64,000 nt of DNA from Bacteroidota bacterium (GCA_947479455.1 CANJZE010000002.1:29458-93457); one strand, 5' to 3'; positions 1 through 9,873 are shown, numbered from the stretch's first letter. Notes: a model not told the origin generated them from the letters alone. A program made the numbers and translations.

Positions 1-805
1 TGCGTCTCTCGTAATCGTATTTTACTTCTTCAAGAATTAAATTGTACTGGTCATCTTTCATTGGTAAATAATGGCAATCTACTTTGTCTTCATACGTTTT
101 CCAGCCGTTACCTTTTGTAGTGTTGCAAAGGATAGCAGTTGGAAGTTTCGAGTTTCGAGTTTCGAGTTTCGAGTTTTCTAAAGAAGTAAAGTCGTGTCCG
201 TCTGCTACCAAAACATTAAACCCAAATGCTTCTAATTTTTTACCTAATGGTTCCAGCTTCATTACATCTTCTGTTCTTCCATAACCTTGCAATTTATTTC
301 TGTCAATCAACCAGATTACATTGTTCAAATCATGATGTGCAATAAACAAAGCTGCTTCCCAAGTACTGCCTTCATTAATTTCTCCATCGCTGGTAATGCA
401 AAAAATTTTCTTGTCTTTTTTCTTCAGCTTTTGTGCCAGTCCTAAACCTGCGGCAAGCGAAAGCCCGTGACCCAAGCTACCAGTGGCAAAAGGTATGCGT
501 TTAATTTTATTCACCGGTGGATGTGCTGCGAGGTAAGTATTGTTTCTGTAAAAAGTTTTAATGTCTTCTTCTGTCAAAGTTCCATCTTCTGCCAACATCG
601 AATAGAGCGCAGCCGCTGCATGTCCTTTGCTCAAAATAATTTCATCGGTTTCTTTCATCCAACCAAAACGAACAAACGTAATCATCTCCGCTACACTCAA
701 CGAACAACCCACATGTCCGGCATTCGCCTGCTTATACATAGCAAGAAACCGATTCTTAATATTGAATGCTTTGGTAAGAAGATTTTTGTGTTCAGCCGAA
801 TTCAT
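1..805 (-). CDS. Transketolase N-terminal (TPP-binding) subunit, 3' end runs off the window
   Basis: Not in the ORF track. Manual translation from ATG at 805 gives MNSAEHK...AGHVGCSLS...ILSKGHAAAALY...PFATGSLGHGLSLAAG...SDGEINEGSTWEA...DGHD...TTKGNG, the transketolase N-domain motifs; the frame is still open at the window edge. Confidence 0.9.
   Translation of the reverse strand, partial: MNSAEHKNLLTKAFNIKNRFLAMYKQANAGHVGCSLSVAEMITFVRFGWMKETDEIILSKGHAAAALYSMLAEDGTLTEEDIKTFYRNNTYLAAHPPVNKIKRIPFATGSLGHGLSLAAGLGLAQKLKKKDKKIFCITSDGEINEGSTWEAALFIAHHDLNNVIWLIDRNKLQGYGRTEDVMKLEPLGKKLEAFGFNVLVADGHDFTSLENSKLETRNSKLPTAILCNTTKGNGWKTYEDKVDCHYLPMKDDQYNLILEEVKYDYERR
143..176. repeat. Heptamer tandem repeat (AGTTTCG)x4 inside the transketolase CDS
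   Basis: aagtttcgagtttcgagtttcgagtttcgagttt; reads ENSKLETRNSKL on the minus strand. Confidence 0.85.
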
Positions 806-817
806 AAGCGCGCAATA

Positions 818-1327
818 TTAAATTATTTCGCCTCGCTTGCCCAATTCAATCACCTCGAGGTTTTCAATTTTTTTATTGTTGAGTGTAAAACGTAAAACGG
901 TTTTTACTTTGTGAAAACCTTGAACACCCGCAGCACCCGGGTTCATCACTACCATATTGTTGTATTTGGCATCGCGCATTACTTTTAGAATGTGCGAGTG
1001 CCCGCAAATAAAAATATCGGGTTTCACCTCTTCGATTTTCCTTCTTGCTTTAGGTTCGTAATGATTCGGATAGCCGCCAATGTGGGTCATCAAAATTTTG
1101 AACCCTTCGCGCTCCAGTTCTAAATTCAAAGGATAATCCATCCTGATTTCCTTGCCATCAATGTTTCCGTAAACAGCAAAAAAAGGTTTGAAGCCTTTTA
1201 GATCATTGCATAGCTCAATGGTTCCCAAATCACCGGCATGCCATATTTCGTCTACGTCTTTAAACACTTCGAAAACTTTTATATCGAGGTGGCTGTGGGT
1301 GTCGCTGATGAGGCCGATTTTTATCAA
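818..1327 (-). CDS. Metallophosphoesterase, YfcE/MJ0936 family
   Basis: Motifs SDTH, HAGD, VYGNID, THIG, CGHSH, NPG. Confidence 0.9.
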   Translation of the reverse strand: MIKIGLISDTHSHLDIKVFEVFKDVDEIWHAGDLGTIELCNDLKGFKPFFAVYGNIDGKEIRMDYPLNLELEREGFKILMTHIGGYPNHYEPKARRKIEEVKPDIFICGHSHILKVMRDAKYNNMVVMNPGAAGVQGFHKVKTVLRFTLNNKKIENLEVIELGKRGEII

Positions 1328-1355
1328 TGCGTGAGTTGGTTATTTGTAAAGTGCA

Positions 1356-1670
1356 TCAGCCTTCTATATCCGCAAGTAATTCCGGATTTCGTTTACCGTG
1401 AAATATTTCGATTACTTCAATTTTATCTTTTTGAATTCGATAAACGATTTTGAAAGTATGATGCACAATTATCTGGCGAATGTTTTCGGTAGGTTGTTTA
1501 ATATCGAAACAAACAGGATAGCTTTTAGGCGATGCAACAATTTTATCAAATGCTTTTTCGACAGAATCAATAACTTTTGTAGTTCTTTCAAATGAATGTT
1601 CGGTGAGATAGTAATCGGTGATTTCTTCCAAAGAACTTTCGGCTCTTTGCGTAAGCACTAACTTTAACAT
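1356..1670 (-). CDS. Type II toxin, RelE/ParE family
   Basis: 104 aa with LTQRAESSLEEITDY...YP...RQIIV...KIVYRI...IEVIEIFHGKRNP pattern; directly downstream of a small gene. Confidence 0.85.
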   Translation of the reverse strand: MLKLVLTQRAESSLEEITDYYLTEHSFERTTKVIDSVEKAFDKIVASPKSYPVCFDIKQPTENIRQIIVHHTFKIVYRIQKDKIEVIEIFHGKRNPELLADIEG

Positions 1671-1671
1671 G

Positions 1672-1902
1672 CTATTTCGACTTTGCTTGAATGCGTTGGA
1701 GCAGTTTTGACTTTACTTCTTTCCACGGTTTTACCTTGCCTTCATCTGCATCTTTAAGTCCTTTTTCAATTCGTTGCTGAATTTGATTGCCGGTAAGGTT
1801 TGTAGAAAATGAATTTACTTCTACACTTTTAAAACGCTTCATCAATTCTTTTATTAAAGTAGCATCTTTTGCTGAGGATATATCTAAAACTATTTGTTCC
1901 AT
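1672..1902 (-). CDS. Putative antitoxin (addiction-module component)
   Basis: Likely start ATG 1902 (MEQIVLD); C-terminal IEKGLKDADEGKVKPWKEVK is typical of RelE/ParE-partner antitoxins; 1 nt from the toxin. Confidence 0.75.
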   Translation of the reverse strand: MEQIVLDISSAKDATLIKELMKRFKSVEVNSFSTNLTGNQIQQRIEKGLKDADEGKVKPWKEVKSKLLQRIQAKSK

Positions 1903-2001
1903 GTTACCTGTTTTTGGTTTAACGAAGTTAAGAAAAAAGAAAAGTATAAAACTAAGGAAGCAAGATTCGCTCATTTAAAAATTACCTTCGCCCCCTATAT
2001 C

Positions 2002-3306
2002 ATGATACAGAAAATACTCGCCAACTTAAAAATAGAATCGCTTAACCAAATGCAACAAGCTGTTTTAAAAACGGCTGAAACAAAAAATGAAATTGTGTTG
2101 CTCTCGCCAACCGGTTCAGGAAAAACGCTGGCGTTTTTATTACCTGTTCTTGCCTCTTTAAAAACTGAAATTACAGGTGTGCAGACTTTGATATTAGTTC
2201 CTAGCCGCGAATTGGCGATGCAAATTGAAAACGTTTTCAAATCAATGGGCACGGGTTTTAAAATTAATTGCTGCTATGGCGGGCACGACACCAAAGTAGA
2301 GCGCAACAATTTTCTTCATCCACCGGCAGTTTTAGTAGGCACACCCGGGCGCATTATGTATCACATAGAGCGGGAGACATTTGATACAAAAATGGTGAAG
2401 ACATTAGTGCTAGATGAATTTGATAAATCGCTGGAGTTTGGGTTTCAGAAAGAAATGGAGTTTATTATAAACCGTCTTCCAAACGTCAACAAACGAATGC
2501 TCACTTCTGCTACCAAAGGAGTAGAGATTCCGGCTTTTGCAGGATTGACAAAACCAGAGGAAATTAATTTTCTCAAAGAACACGTTACTCCGCAACTGAC
2601 TTTGAAAACGGTGCGTGCAGAAGAGAACGATAAGCTGAAAACACTCATGGCGTTACTGGCAAAAATAGGCAACGAAACAACGTTGGTGTTTTGTAATCAT
2701 CGCGATGCGGTGGACCGCATTAGCGAGATATTAAAGAAGAGCGGAGTGATACATGATGTGTATCACGGCAAGTTAGAACAAGACGAAAGACAATTAGCAT
2801 TAGTAAAATTTCGCAATGGTAGCAACCAGATTTTAATCACAACAGATTTGGCTTCGCGGGGTTTGGATATTCCTGCCATCCGTCACGTTATTCATTATCA
2901 GTTGCCGAACACTTTGGAAACGTACACGCACCGCAACGGACGCACGGCACGTATGCACGCAGAAGGCACTGCCTATTTAATTTTGAGTGAAGAGGAATAC
3001 ATACCGCCTTTTATAAAAGATGCGGCACCGGAGATGGAGCTGCCTACTAAATACAAATTTCCTGAACCAAGCGAATGGGCTACTATTTATATTTCTGCAG
3101 GTAAAAAAGATAAAGTCAATAAGATTGACATTGTAGGTTTCTTGATTCAAAAAGGAGGTTTACTAAAAGAGGAACTCGGACTTATTGAAGTGCAGGATTA
3201 CATTGCTTACGTAGCCGTGAAGCGCAATAAGGTTTTAGCCGTGCTTGATAAAGTTAAAGGACAGAAACTAAAGAACAAAAGTGTGAAGATGGTGTTGCAG
3301 GAGTAA
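2002..3306 (+). CDS. dbpA: DEAD/DEAH-box RNA helicase with DbpA-type RNA-binding domain
   Basis: Q motif, SPTGSGKT, PSRELA, TPGR, DEFD, SAT, HRNGRTAR; C-terminal GKKDKVNKIDIVG; start ATG 2002. Confidence 0.85.
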   Translation: MIQKILANLKIESLNQMQQAVLKTAETKNEIVLLSPTGSGKTLAFLLPVLASLKTEITGVQTLILVPSRELAMQIENVFKSMGTGFKINCCYGGHDTKVERNNFLHPPAVLVGTPGRIMYHIERETFDTKMVKTLVLDEFDKSLEFGFQKEMEFIINRLPNVNKRMLTSATKGVEIPAFAGLTKPEEINFLKEHVTPQLTLKTVRAEENDKLKTLMALLAKIGNETTLVFCNHRDAVDRISEILKKSGVIHDVYHGKLEQDERQLALVKFRNGSNQILITTDLASRGLDIPAIRHVIHYQLPNTLETYTHRNGRTARMHAEGTAYLILSEEEYIPPFIKDAAPEMELPTKYKFPEPSEWATIYISAGKKDKVNKIDIVGFLIQKGGLLKEELGLIEVQDYIAYVAVKRNKVLAVLDKVKGQKLKNKSVKMVLQE

Positions 3307-3312
3307 CCACCT

Positions 3313-3343
3313 CCTCTAAATCTCCTACGAAGTAGGAGACTTT
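3313..3343. repeat. REP-like palindrome / possible bidirectional terminator between convergent genes
   Basis: cctctaaa TCTCCTAC gaa GTAGGAGA cttt; perfect 8-bp stem. Confidence 0.6.
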
Positions 3344-3356
3344 AAAACCACTTCAT

Positions 3357-5930
3357 TTAAAGATTGTGCTTTACAAACTTCTTCACCACTCTTTTCTTTC
3401 CATCAAATATTTGAAGTAAATAAGTTCCTTCTCTCAATGAAGAAATATCAAGTGTTTCCTCGCTCTTTGCATTTAACTCTTGCAAACATTTTCTACCGTT
3501 CAAATCAAAAACAGTAAGCGAATAATTTTTCATAGCACAACTGATGTGAAGGAAATCATTCGCAGGATTCGGGAAAATGGAAACAGAGATTTGCGCTTCA
3601 ATATTTTTTAAAGAAGAAATTACTGTATCGCCCGGCAACGTAACACCCAGCGAATCGAGCGAGTACGAATAAATAGAACGCGCATAAGTTCCGGCAAAAA
3701 TTGTTCGTTGAATAGTGTTTAATCCCATTTCAAAAACAGGAACCACGGGCATATTGTTTCCTAACCGTTGCCAATTAGTTCCGGCATCCAGTGTTACATA
3801 AACACCGCCATCTGTCGCAGCAAAAAGAATACTGTCATTACCCGGCATCACGAGCAAATCATTTACTGCAAGTTGCGGAAGATTTCCTGAAATATCTATC
3901 CAAGAATTTCCTTTGTTGAAGGATTTATGCACGTGAGGAATCCACTCATTATCTCTATAACCCGAATGCGAAACGAATACCAGATTCGAATCGTTAGGCG
4001 AAGCTTTCACACTCGTCACAAAACGGTCGGGTAAAGTGTGCGTAATATTAGTCCAGGTGTTACAGTTGTCGTTACTACGCCAAACATTTCCATCGCTGGT
4101 ACCTGCATAAAGTAATGCCGGTACAGGTTTAGAATTATCCAATGTGCTTATCACATTAAACGATTGCCCTTGGGTGCTTCCTATCACATTTCCATCGGTA
4201 AGGTCGCCACTCATTTTTGTCCAGATATCATTGGGGGCAAAATCAATTTTGTAAACACAGTTGGTGCCGCAATACATTTGCTCAGGATTTGCGGGGCTCA
4301 TGATGTACGGAAAATCCCAATTGATTCTATCATTCACCAGATCAATGCCCGAAGTAAAATCATTGAAGTTCATGCCACCATCATTGGTAAAAACCATTCC
4401 ACCCCATTGTGTTTCGCAATAATAAGTGAGTGAATCGGTTGGATGAAAAATCATTCGAAATCCATCACCACCATACATGCGCGTCCAGTTATTTGCCATA
4501 GCTGCATTGCCTCCGTTAGAACCGTTATCCTGCGCTCCTCCGAAATAATAATCTGGATAAGTAGCAGCAGAAGTAACTCTGTAAAATTGAGTGTTCGGAA
4601 TATTCTCAACATCCGAATAAGTTGTTCCGAGGTTGTTTGTCTTATACATACCTCCATCGGTGGTCAACAGAAAAGTAGTTGGATTAGTAAAACGCAAATC
4701 GTGTTTATCGGCATGTACTTCATATGTCCACCAACTTGGCGAAAACTGCTGCCAGAGAGTTCCTCCATTTAATGAACCCCAAAGGTCAATTCCTCCTACA
4801 AAAACCTGTTCATCGTTCCAGGGGTTTACTCTAATTAAACCGAAATACCAGCCGAACCAATAGCCGTTGCTCCCATACAAATCGTTACCGAAAGAACTTA
4901 CATCTAACGCAGTCCAGTTGTTTCCACCATTGGTAGTTTTAAAAACGCCTTTCAAATTTTTGAAAGTATCTACAACACACGCGTAAAGTTTATTTCCGTT
5001 TTGCTCACTTAGTGCTAATGAAATTCTACCATTATTCTCTTGATTAAAACTTGCGGGCACAATCACCCATGTGTTTCCGCCATCAATTGTCTTCCACAGT
5101 TTACTGTCGTTTCCTGAATTTACATTCTCATGATTATTTCGAATGCTGTTCCAGGTGGCTGCATAGAGTGTATCGGGATGAAGTTTGTCCATGACCAGAT
5201 CCGTACAGCCGGCTTCATCGCTTCCTATTAAAATGCGATTCCAGTTTAACCCTCCGTCAATGGTTTTATAAATCCCGCGCAAACTATCGCGCACAAAAGG
5301 CGAGCCCATACAAGCGGCATACATTTCATTGGTGTTTTGAGGGTTGATAATAATTTTAGAAATCACTCCCTGCTGTTGCAAAGCAAATGAACTCCACGTT
5401 TCCCCTCCATCAGTGCTTCTATAAATTCCATTGCCCGAGTACGTATACCGTGTCATATTTTTGTCACCTGTGCCAGCATACATCGTATCGGGATGAACAG
5501 GATTAAATTCAATCCACGAAAGCGAAAGAAAAGACTGTGCATCAAAAACCGGATACCAGTTCGCCCCGCCATCAATGGTTTTAAAAATTCCTCCTTCGGC
5601 ACAACCGCCAAAAATGATATTAGTATCGAGCGGATGAACAGCTACACAATTAATTCTACCGCCAATATTTCCCGGGCCTTGTAAAGTCCAGGCGGCATTA
5701 ACATTTGAAGCGCGGCTGTTGCTGTTTGCATTCTGCTGAACCGCCAGCATATTATTTTTGAAACTTGTTTCGGCAAAAACATTATCCGGATACATGCGCT
5801 GGCGCACAAAATATTCGTACGGTTCTGTTCTGCTTTCTCTTTCTTCTTTCAAATCTTTTTTGGAAAAAGGAGAAAAAATAAAAACAGCGGCAATAAGAAA
5901 GAAGAAGAAAAGAAGGAAGTATTTTTTCAT
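3357..5930 (-). CDS. Secreted BNR/Asp-box (VPS10/sortilin-like) beta-propeller protein with T9SS type A C-terminal domain
   Basis: Repeated (S/T)xDGGxxW boxes, GPGNIGGRI, HADKH, GGAQDNG, GGDGF; C-terminal IFPNPAND...GTYLLQI...KFVK; likely start MKKYFLL at 5930. Confidence 0.85.
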   Translation of the reverse strand: MKKYFLLFFFFLIAAVFIFSPFSKKDLKEERESRTEPYEYFVRQRMYPDNVFAETSFKNNMLAVQQNANSNSRASNVNAAWTLQGPGNIGGRINCVAVHPLDTNIIFGGCAEGGIFKTIDGGANWYPVFDAQSFLSLSWIEFNPVHPDTMYAGTGDKNMTRYTYSGNGIYRSTDGGETWSSFALQQQGVISKIIINPQNTNEMYAACMGSPFVRDSLRGIYKTIDGGLNWNRILIGSDEAGCTDLVMDKLHPDTLYAATWNSIRNNHENVNSGNDSKLWKTIDGGNTWVIVPASFNQENNGRISLALSEQNGNKLYACVVDTFKNLKGVFKTTNGGNNWTALDVSSFGNDLYGSNGYWFGWYFGLIRVNPWNDEQVFVGGIDLWGSLNGGTLWQQFSPSWWTYEVHADKHDLRFTNPTTFLLTTDGGMYKTNNLGTTYSDVENIPNTQFYRVTSAATYPDYYFGGAQDNGSNGGNAAMANNWTRMYGGDGFRMIFHPTDSLTYYCETQWGGMVFTNDGGMNFNDFTSGIDLVNDRINWDFPYIMSPANPEQMYCGTNCVYKIDFAPNDIWTKMSGDLTDGNVIGSTQGQSFNVISTLDNSKPVPALLYAGTSDGNVWRSNDNCNTWTNITHTLPDRFVTSVKASPNDSNLVFVSHSGYRDNEWIPHVHKSFNKGNSWIDISGNLPQLAVNDLLVMPGNDSILFAATDGGVYVTLDAGTNWQRLGNNMPVVPVFEMGLNTIQRTIFAGTYARSIYSYSLDSLGVTLPGDTVISSLKNIEAQISVSIFPNPANDFLHISCAMKNYSLTVFDLNGRKCLQELNAKSEETLDISSLREGTYLLQIFDGKKRVVKKFVKHNL

Positions 5931-6001
5931 TCCATGAAAGTAAAAAGAAGTTTTACAGATGCTATCGCTGAATTGCTCCATGCTTTAGCATGGGGCTAAA
6001 C

Positions 6002-6032
6002 AAAAAACCCTGCCACTAAGGACAGGGTTTTT
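6002..6032 (-). terminator. Intrinsic terminator of the rpsF-rpsR-rplI operon
   Basis: aaaaaaccctg-ccactaagga-cagggttttt hairpin with T tract, just downstream of rplI. Confidence 0.75.
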
Positions 6033-6054
6033 CAAATCTTCAGTTGAAAATAAT

Positions 6055-6507
6055 TTAAGCTTCCGCTACCACTTCGAAGGTAACAGTTACTTTGTGGCTT
6101 GAACCTAAACCCACTTCGGCAGTATAAGTGCCTACGGCTTTAACTTCACCTTCCACAATCGTTACTTTTCTGCGGTCAACTTCCACCTGCAATTGTTCTT
6201 TAATAGCTTCAGCTACGTGGTATGAAGAAACACTTCCGAAAATTTTTCCGGTGGTTCCAACCTTAGCTGTAATTTTTAAAGGTGCAGATGTGAGGCGTGC
6301 TGAAATTTCATTGAACTGGCTAAGCAATTTGGCTTCGCGTTTTTCGCGACCTTTAGCACGTTGTGCTAATTCATTCGTAGTGCCTGCGTTTTTAATAACA
6401 GCAAACCCTTGAGGTATCAAATAGTTCAATCCGTAACCGGCACGAACTTTCACCACATCATCCGCGTAGCCTAGTTTTTCTACATTTTTTATAAGTATAA
6501 GTTCCAT
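6055..6507 (-). CDS. rplI: 50S ribosomal protein bL9
   Basis: MELILIKNVEKLG..DDVVKVRAGYGLNYLIPQG, GKIFGSV. Confidence 0.97.
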   Translation of the reverse strand: MELILIKNVEKLGYADDVVKVRAGYGLNYLIPQGFAVIKNAGTTNELAQRAKGREKREAKLLSQFNEISARLTSAPLKITAKVGTTGKIFGSVSSYHVAEAIKEQLQVEVDRRKVTIVEGEVKAVGTYTAEVGLGSSHKVTVTFEVVAEA

Positions 6508-6606
6508 TGTTTAATCTTTTTTGATTTCAATAATTTTTGCTTTCAACTTTTGACTTTGACTTATTGCATTTCGCTTCGGTCTTCGGTCCTCCGTCTCCGC
6601 ACTTTT

Positions 6607-6879
6607 CTATTTCAATAAATCGGCCACGTAAGGCAGAATAGCAATATGACGTGCACGCTTAACTGCTTGTGCAATTTTGCGTTGATACTTCAATGAATTG
6701 CCGGTCAATCTGCGTGGGTAAAGTTTGCCTTGCTCATTAATAAAGCGAAGCAAATATTCAGGGTCTTTGTAGTCAATGTACTTGATACCGTGCTTTTTGA
6801 AGCGGCAGTATTTTTTCTTGATTAAACCGATTTTTGTAGCGGTCAAATACTTGATGCTGTCGTTTGGTTTTGCGCTCAT
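6607..6879 (-). CDS. rpsR: 30S ribosomal protein bS18
   Basis: KKYCRFKK.GIKYIDYKD, GK..PRRLTG, QRKIAQAVKRARHIAILPY. Confidence 0.97.
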   Translation of the reverse strand: MSAKPNDSIKYLTATKIGLIKKKYCRFKKHGIKYIDYKDPEYLLRFINEQGKLYPRRLTGNSLKYQRKIAQAVKRARHIAILPYVADLLK

Positions 6880-7253
6880 ACTGTTGCCCCTTGTTTTTCT
6901 GTGTTAACTTTTTTGTTTCTTCCTACTAAGCCCGCACGCTTGTCCTCATTGTATTTGAGGGCGTATTTATCGAGGCGAATAGTCAAATAACGAAGCACAC
7001 TTTCATCGCGTCTAAACGCAACTTCAAGCGTGTCAACCGCTTTTCCTGTGCCGCGATATTCTACTACGTGGTAGATACCGGTGGTTTTTTTACCAATGGT
7101 GTAACGAAGATTTTTAAGTCCCCAATGTTCCTGATGAACGATCTCAGCTCCCTGGGACTTAAGCAACTCAACATAATTGTTGATCGCTTTCTTGGCGTCA
7201 TCTTCCGATAACACGGGAGTGAGAATTAATACTGTTTCGTACTGTGTCAGCAT
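6876..7253 (-). CDS. rpsF: 30S ribosomal protein bS6
   Basis: YETVLILTPVLSE, WGLKNLRYTI, RDESVLRYL; synteny with rpsR-rplI. Confidence 0.97.
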   Translation of the reverse strand: MLTQYETVLILTPVLSEDDAKKAINNYVELLKSQGAEIVHQEHWGLKNLRYTIGKKTTGIYHVVEYRGTGKAVDTLEVAFRRDESVLRYLTIRLDKYALKYNEDKRAGLVGRNKKVNTEKQGATV

Positions 7254-7318
7254 GTTTCTCTGCTTTTTGTTTGGGTTATGAAATTAATTTACGCCTTAGT
7301 TTTCTTTAAAGCGGGCGG

Positions 7319-7349
7319 CAAAGATATTCGGATAAACAGAAATTCCAAA
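7319..7349 (-). promoter_or_regulatory. Bacteroidota housekeeping promoter of rpsF (-33 TTTG / -7 TATCTTTG)
   Basis: Minus strand TTTG at 7349-7346, 19-nt spacer, TATCTTTG at 7326-7319, matching TAnnTTTG. Confidence 0.75.
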
Positions 7350-7371
7350 TGGATATTGGGCATGCGATAAC

Positions 7372-8433
7372 TTACCTCTTTAGATACAGCGGCATATCCA
7401 AATTTAAAAAATACATAGGGTGGAAAATTACTTGACCGAGTGTGTTGAATTCAACTGCAGGCATCGGCAGTTTTACAATATTCAATATCCCCAGAACCAT
7501 CTTTCCTGCTTTTGAATTGGTTTTAAATCTTGAAAAATCAGCATCGAGCGAAATCAAAAATTTGCGGTAACGTTTTATATCGCTGCGGTCGTGGTACACT
7601 CCGTTTTTGTCGGTCCATTTATTTTCAAAACCACCATACATGTTTCCTGCACCATAACCGAAAGCGATATTTAGCCAGGGTGCTTTGATATTGTGATTGA
7701 AAGAATAAAGATTGAAACTTAACCAGGTGGTAATGCCGTTGTAGTCTTTCAAAATTTTTTCGCCAAAACTTTTCCCGTACAGTTCATTTGCGCGATCGCG
7801 AAGTTCTCCTTTAGGATAATCCACTGAATGCAACGAATACTTTATACTAATACGTTGTTCCTTCCAAATTAAATATTGTGCCGTAGCAAAAGCGGCTCCG
7901 CCAAAATCGAAAACAATGTCACTCCAACTCGCTCCGTATTTATTGATTAGCCCGTCAGGAATTTCAATTGCCGCAAGAGATAAGAAACCAAAGGCACCGG
8001 CAGTAAGTGCAGCCGAAGTGTTTTTCATGCCACTCCACCTTAACATGTTGTAAGAAAAAACGGTAGTGAAATACGGAACATAAAAATGCCCGGCTTTATC
8101 AATCTGATTCCACTCGCGGGCATCTTCGAACCAATGAAATTTTCCCATAGACTGTTTGCCGTACCACTCAAAACCCACTACAGTCATAAACCCTGTATAT
8201 AACCCAACAGCACCAACACAAACCCCAGTCAAGCGCTTTTTATTGAGTTGATCAGGAAAATCGAGAAGCGAAGCCCCACCTAACCGCCCCTGAAGTGGGG
8301 GACGTGATGAAATAGAAAGGGAGGAACTATTTTGTCTGAAAACTGTTGAATCTTGCGCAAAAGAAAATAGAACGCAAATAACGCAGATGGTTAAGATAAG
8401 CGCAGATTTGAAATCCGTTTTAATCAGCGTCAT
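7372..8433 (-). CDS. DUF2279/YfiM-like exported protein
   Basis: Signal peptide; FHWFED..EWNQIDKAGH, EIPDG...YGASWSD, KDYNG.T.WLS, PWLNIAFGYGA, SLDADF motifs. Confidence 0.75.
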   Translation of the reverse strand: MTLIKTDFKSALILTICVICVLFSFAQDSTVFRQNSSSLSISSRPPLQGRLGGASLLDFPDQLNKKRLTGVCVGAVGLYTGFMTVVGFEWYGKQSMGKFHWFEDAREWNQIDKAGHFYVPYFTTVFSYNMLRWSGMKNTSAALTAGAFGFLSLAAIEIPDGLINKYGASWSDIVFDFGGAAFATAQYLIWKEQRISIKYSLHSVDYPKGELRDRANELYGKSFGEKILKDYNGITTWLSFNLYSFNHNIKAPWLNIAFGYGAGNMYGGFENKWTDKNGVYHDRSDIKRYRKFLISLDADFSRFKTNSKAGKMVLGILNIVKLPMPAVEFNTLGQVIFHPMYFLNLDMPLYLKR

Positions 8434-8448
8434 CGATGTTCTATTGAA

Positions 8449-9849
8449 TTATCCCAACAAAGTTTGCCTTACTTTTTCCATAACCACTTCAACTCGCTCT
8501 TCGGTTGATGCTTCAACATAAACACGAAGCAATGGCTCGGTTCCACTGGCACGAATCATTACTGTTTCTTCATCTACCAAATAAAATTTATACCCGTCTA
8601 AATCTTCCACGTTACTCACCGGTATGCCTCCGAAGTTTTGATAGAAACTGTTTTTGCAGTTCTCCATAATCTGCAATTTCTGCTCTTCTTTTAAATGAAG
8701 GTCGAGGCGATTGTATGCAAAACGACCCACCACTTCATATACTTCTTCAATCAGTTCCGATAATTTTTTCCCTTCGTTCACCAGGTGTTCAACAATTACT
8801 AATCCATCCCAAATGCCATCGCGTTCAGGAATGTGTCCTTTCACCGCAATGCCTCCGCTCTCTTCACCTCCTACAAGTACATCTTCGTTCTGCATAATCT
8901 CGCAAATGTATTTGAAACCAATCTTGGTTACTTCTAGAGGAATGCCATATTGCTCGCAAAGTTTTTTCACCTTATTCGAAACCGAAAAGGCAATCACCAC
9001 TTTCCCCGTCATCTGTTTATACTTATGCAGAATGTGAATGAGCAGGAGAATGATGTGGTGTGCATCAACAAACTTTCCATTCCCATTATAAAGACCAATT
9101 CGATCGGCATCACCGTCAGTGGCAATAGCCAAATCTACATGCTTCATTTCACGCAGATAAGCTTCTAACTCTTTCAGATTTTTTGCAATAGGCTCTGGAG
9201 CCTGACCATAAAACGAAGGATTGTATTCGCAATGAAGAAAATCGGCATGAGGCATAATACGCGGAAAAATATTTTGCCCTGCGCCATACATAGCGTCATA
9301 CGCCACTACCACATCACTTTCGTTCATGGCATCCAAATCAAAATGCTCGGCTACGTGTGCAAAGTACATGGTCTCTAAATCAACAAACTCAAGCAAACCT
9401 TTTTGCTCCCATTCTTCCAGCGATAAATCTTCGGTAGTAAAACTTTCGGGAATTAATTCTTCTACTTCCGTTATATACTTCTGAATCAATGGTCCTCCAT
9501 GTTTCGATTTCAATTTGTAACCGTTGTAAGAAGGCGGGTTGTGACTTGCTGTAAGAATCACTCCCAGTTCGCAACCGAGGTTGAGTGCGGCTAAAGAAAT
9601 CATCGGAGTAGAAACAAAATGCTTATCGTAAAAAACTTTTATTCCGCTGCTGCAAAAAACATTGATAGCGGCCTGTGAAAACAAATCGCCACCAAAACGG
9701 CAATCGTAACCAATTACAATTTTTGAATCAGGATTTTGTTTTTGTGCCCAAACAGCGGTGGCTTTAGCCACACGCTTTACATTATCAACTGTAAAATCTT
9801 TAGCGATAATTCCACGCCATCCATCTGTTCCAAATTTTATTTTGCTCAT
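8449..9849 (-). CDS. Phosphoglucomutase/phosphomannomutase family protein
   Basis: FGTDGWRG, TASHNP, DGDADR, GGEESGG, RASGTEP. Confidence 0.92.
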   Translation of the reverse strand: MSKIKFGTDGWRGIIAKDFTVDNVKRVAKATAVWAQKQNPDSKIVIGYDCRFGGDLFSQAAINVFCSSGIKVFYDKHFVSTPMISLAALNLGCELGVILTASHNPPSYNGYKLKSKHGGPLIQKYITEVEELIPESFTTEDLSLEEWEQKGLLEFVDLETMYFAHVAEHFDLDAMNESDVVVAYDAMYGAGQNIFPRIMPHADFLHCEYNPSFYGQAPEPIAKNLKELEAYLREMKHVDLAIATDGDADRIGLYNGNGKFVDAHHIILLLIHILHKYKQMTGKVVIAFSVSNKVKKLCEQYGIPLEVTKIGFKYICEIMQNEDVLVGGEESGGIAVKGHIPERDGIWDGLVIVEHLVNEGKKLSELIEEVYEVVGRFAYNRLDLHLKEEQKLQIMENCKNSFYQNFGGIPVSNVEDLDGYKFYLVDEETVMIRASGTEPLLRVYVEASTEERVEVVMEKVRQTLLG

Positions 9850-9865
9850 AGAAAAAATTGAGTGG

Positions 9866-9873
9866 CAAAAGTA
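9866..9873 (-). promoter_or_regulatory. -7 promoter box TACTTTTG upstream of the PGM/PMM gene
   Basis: Exact TAnnTTTG match 16 nt upstream of the start codon. Confidence 0.55.

Noticed and set aside
84-895. Plus-strand ORFs 84-284, 467-895 and 627-821
   Set aside because: Antisense shadows of the minus-strand transketolase gene, which the ORF track missed because it runs off the window
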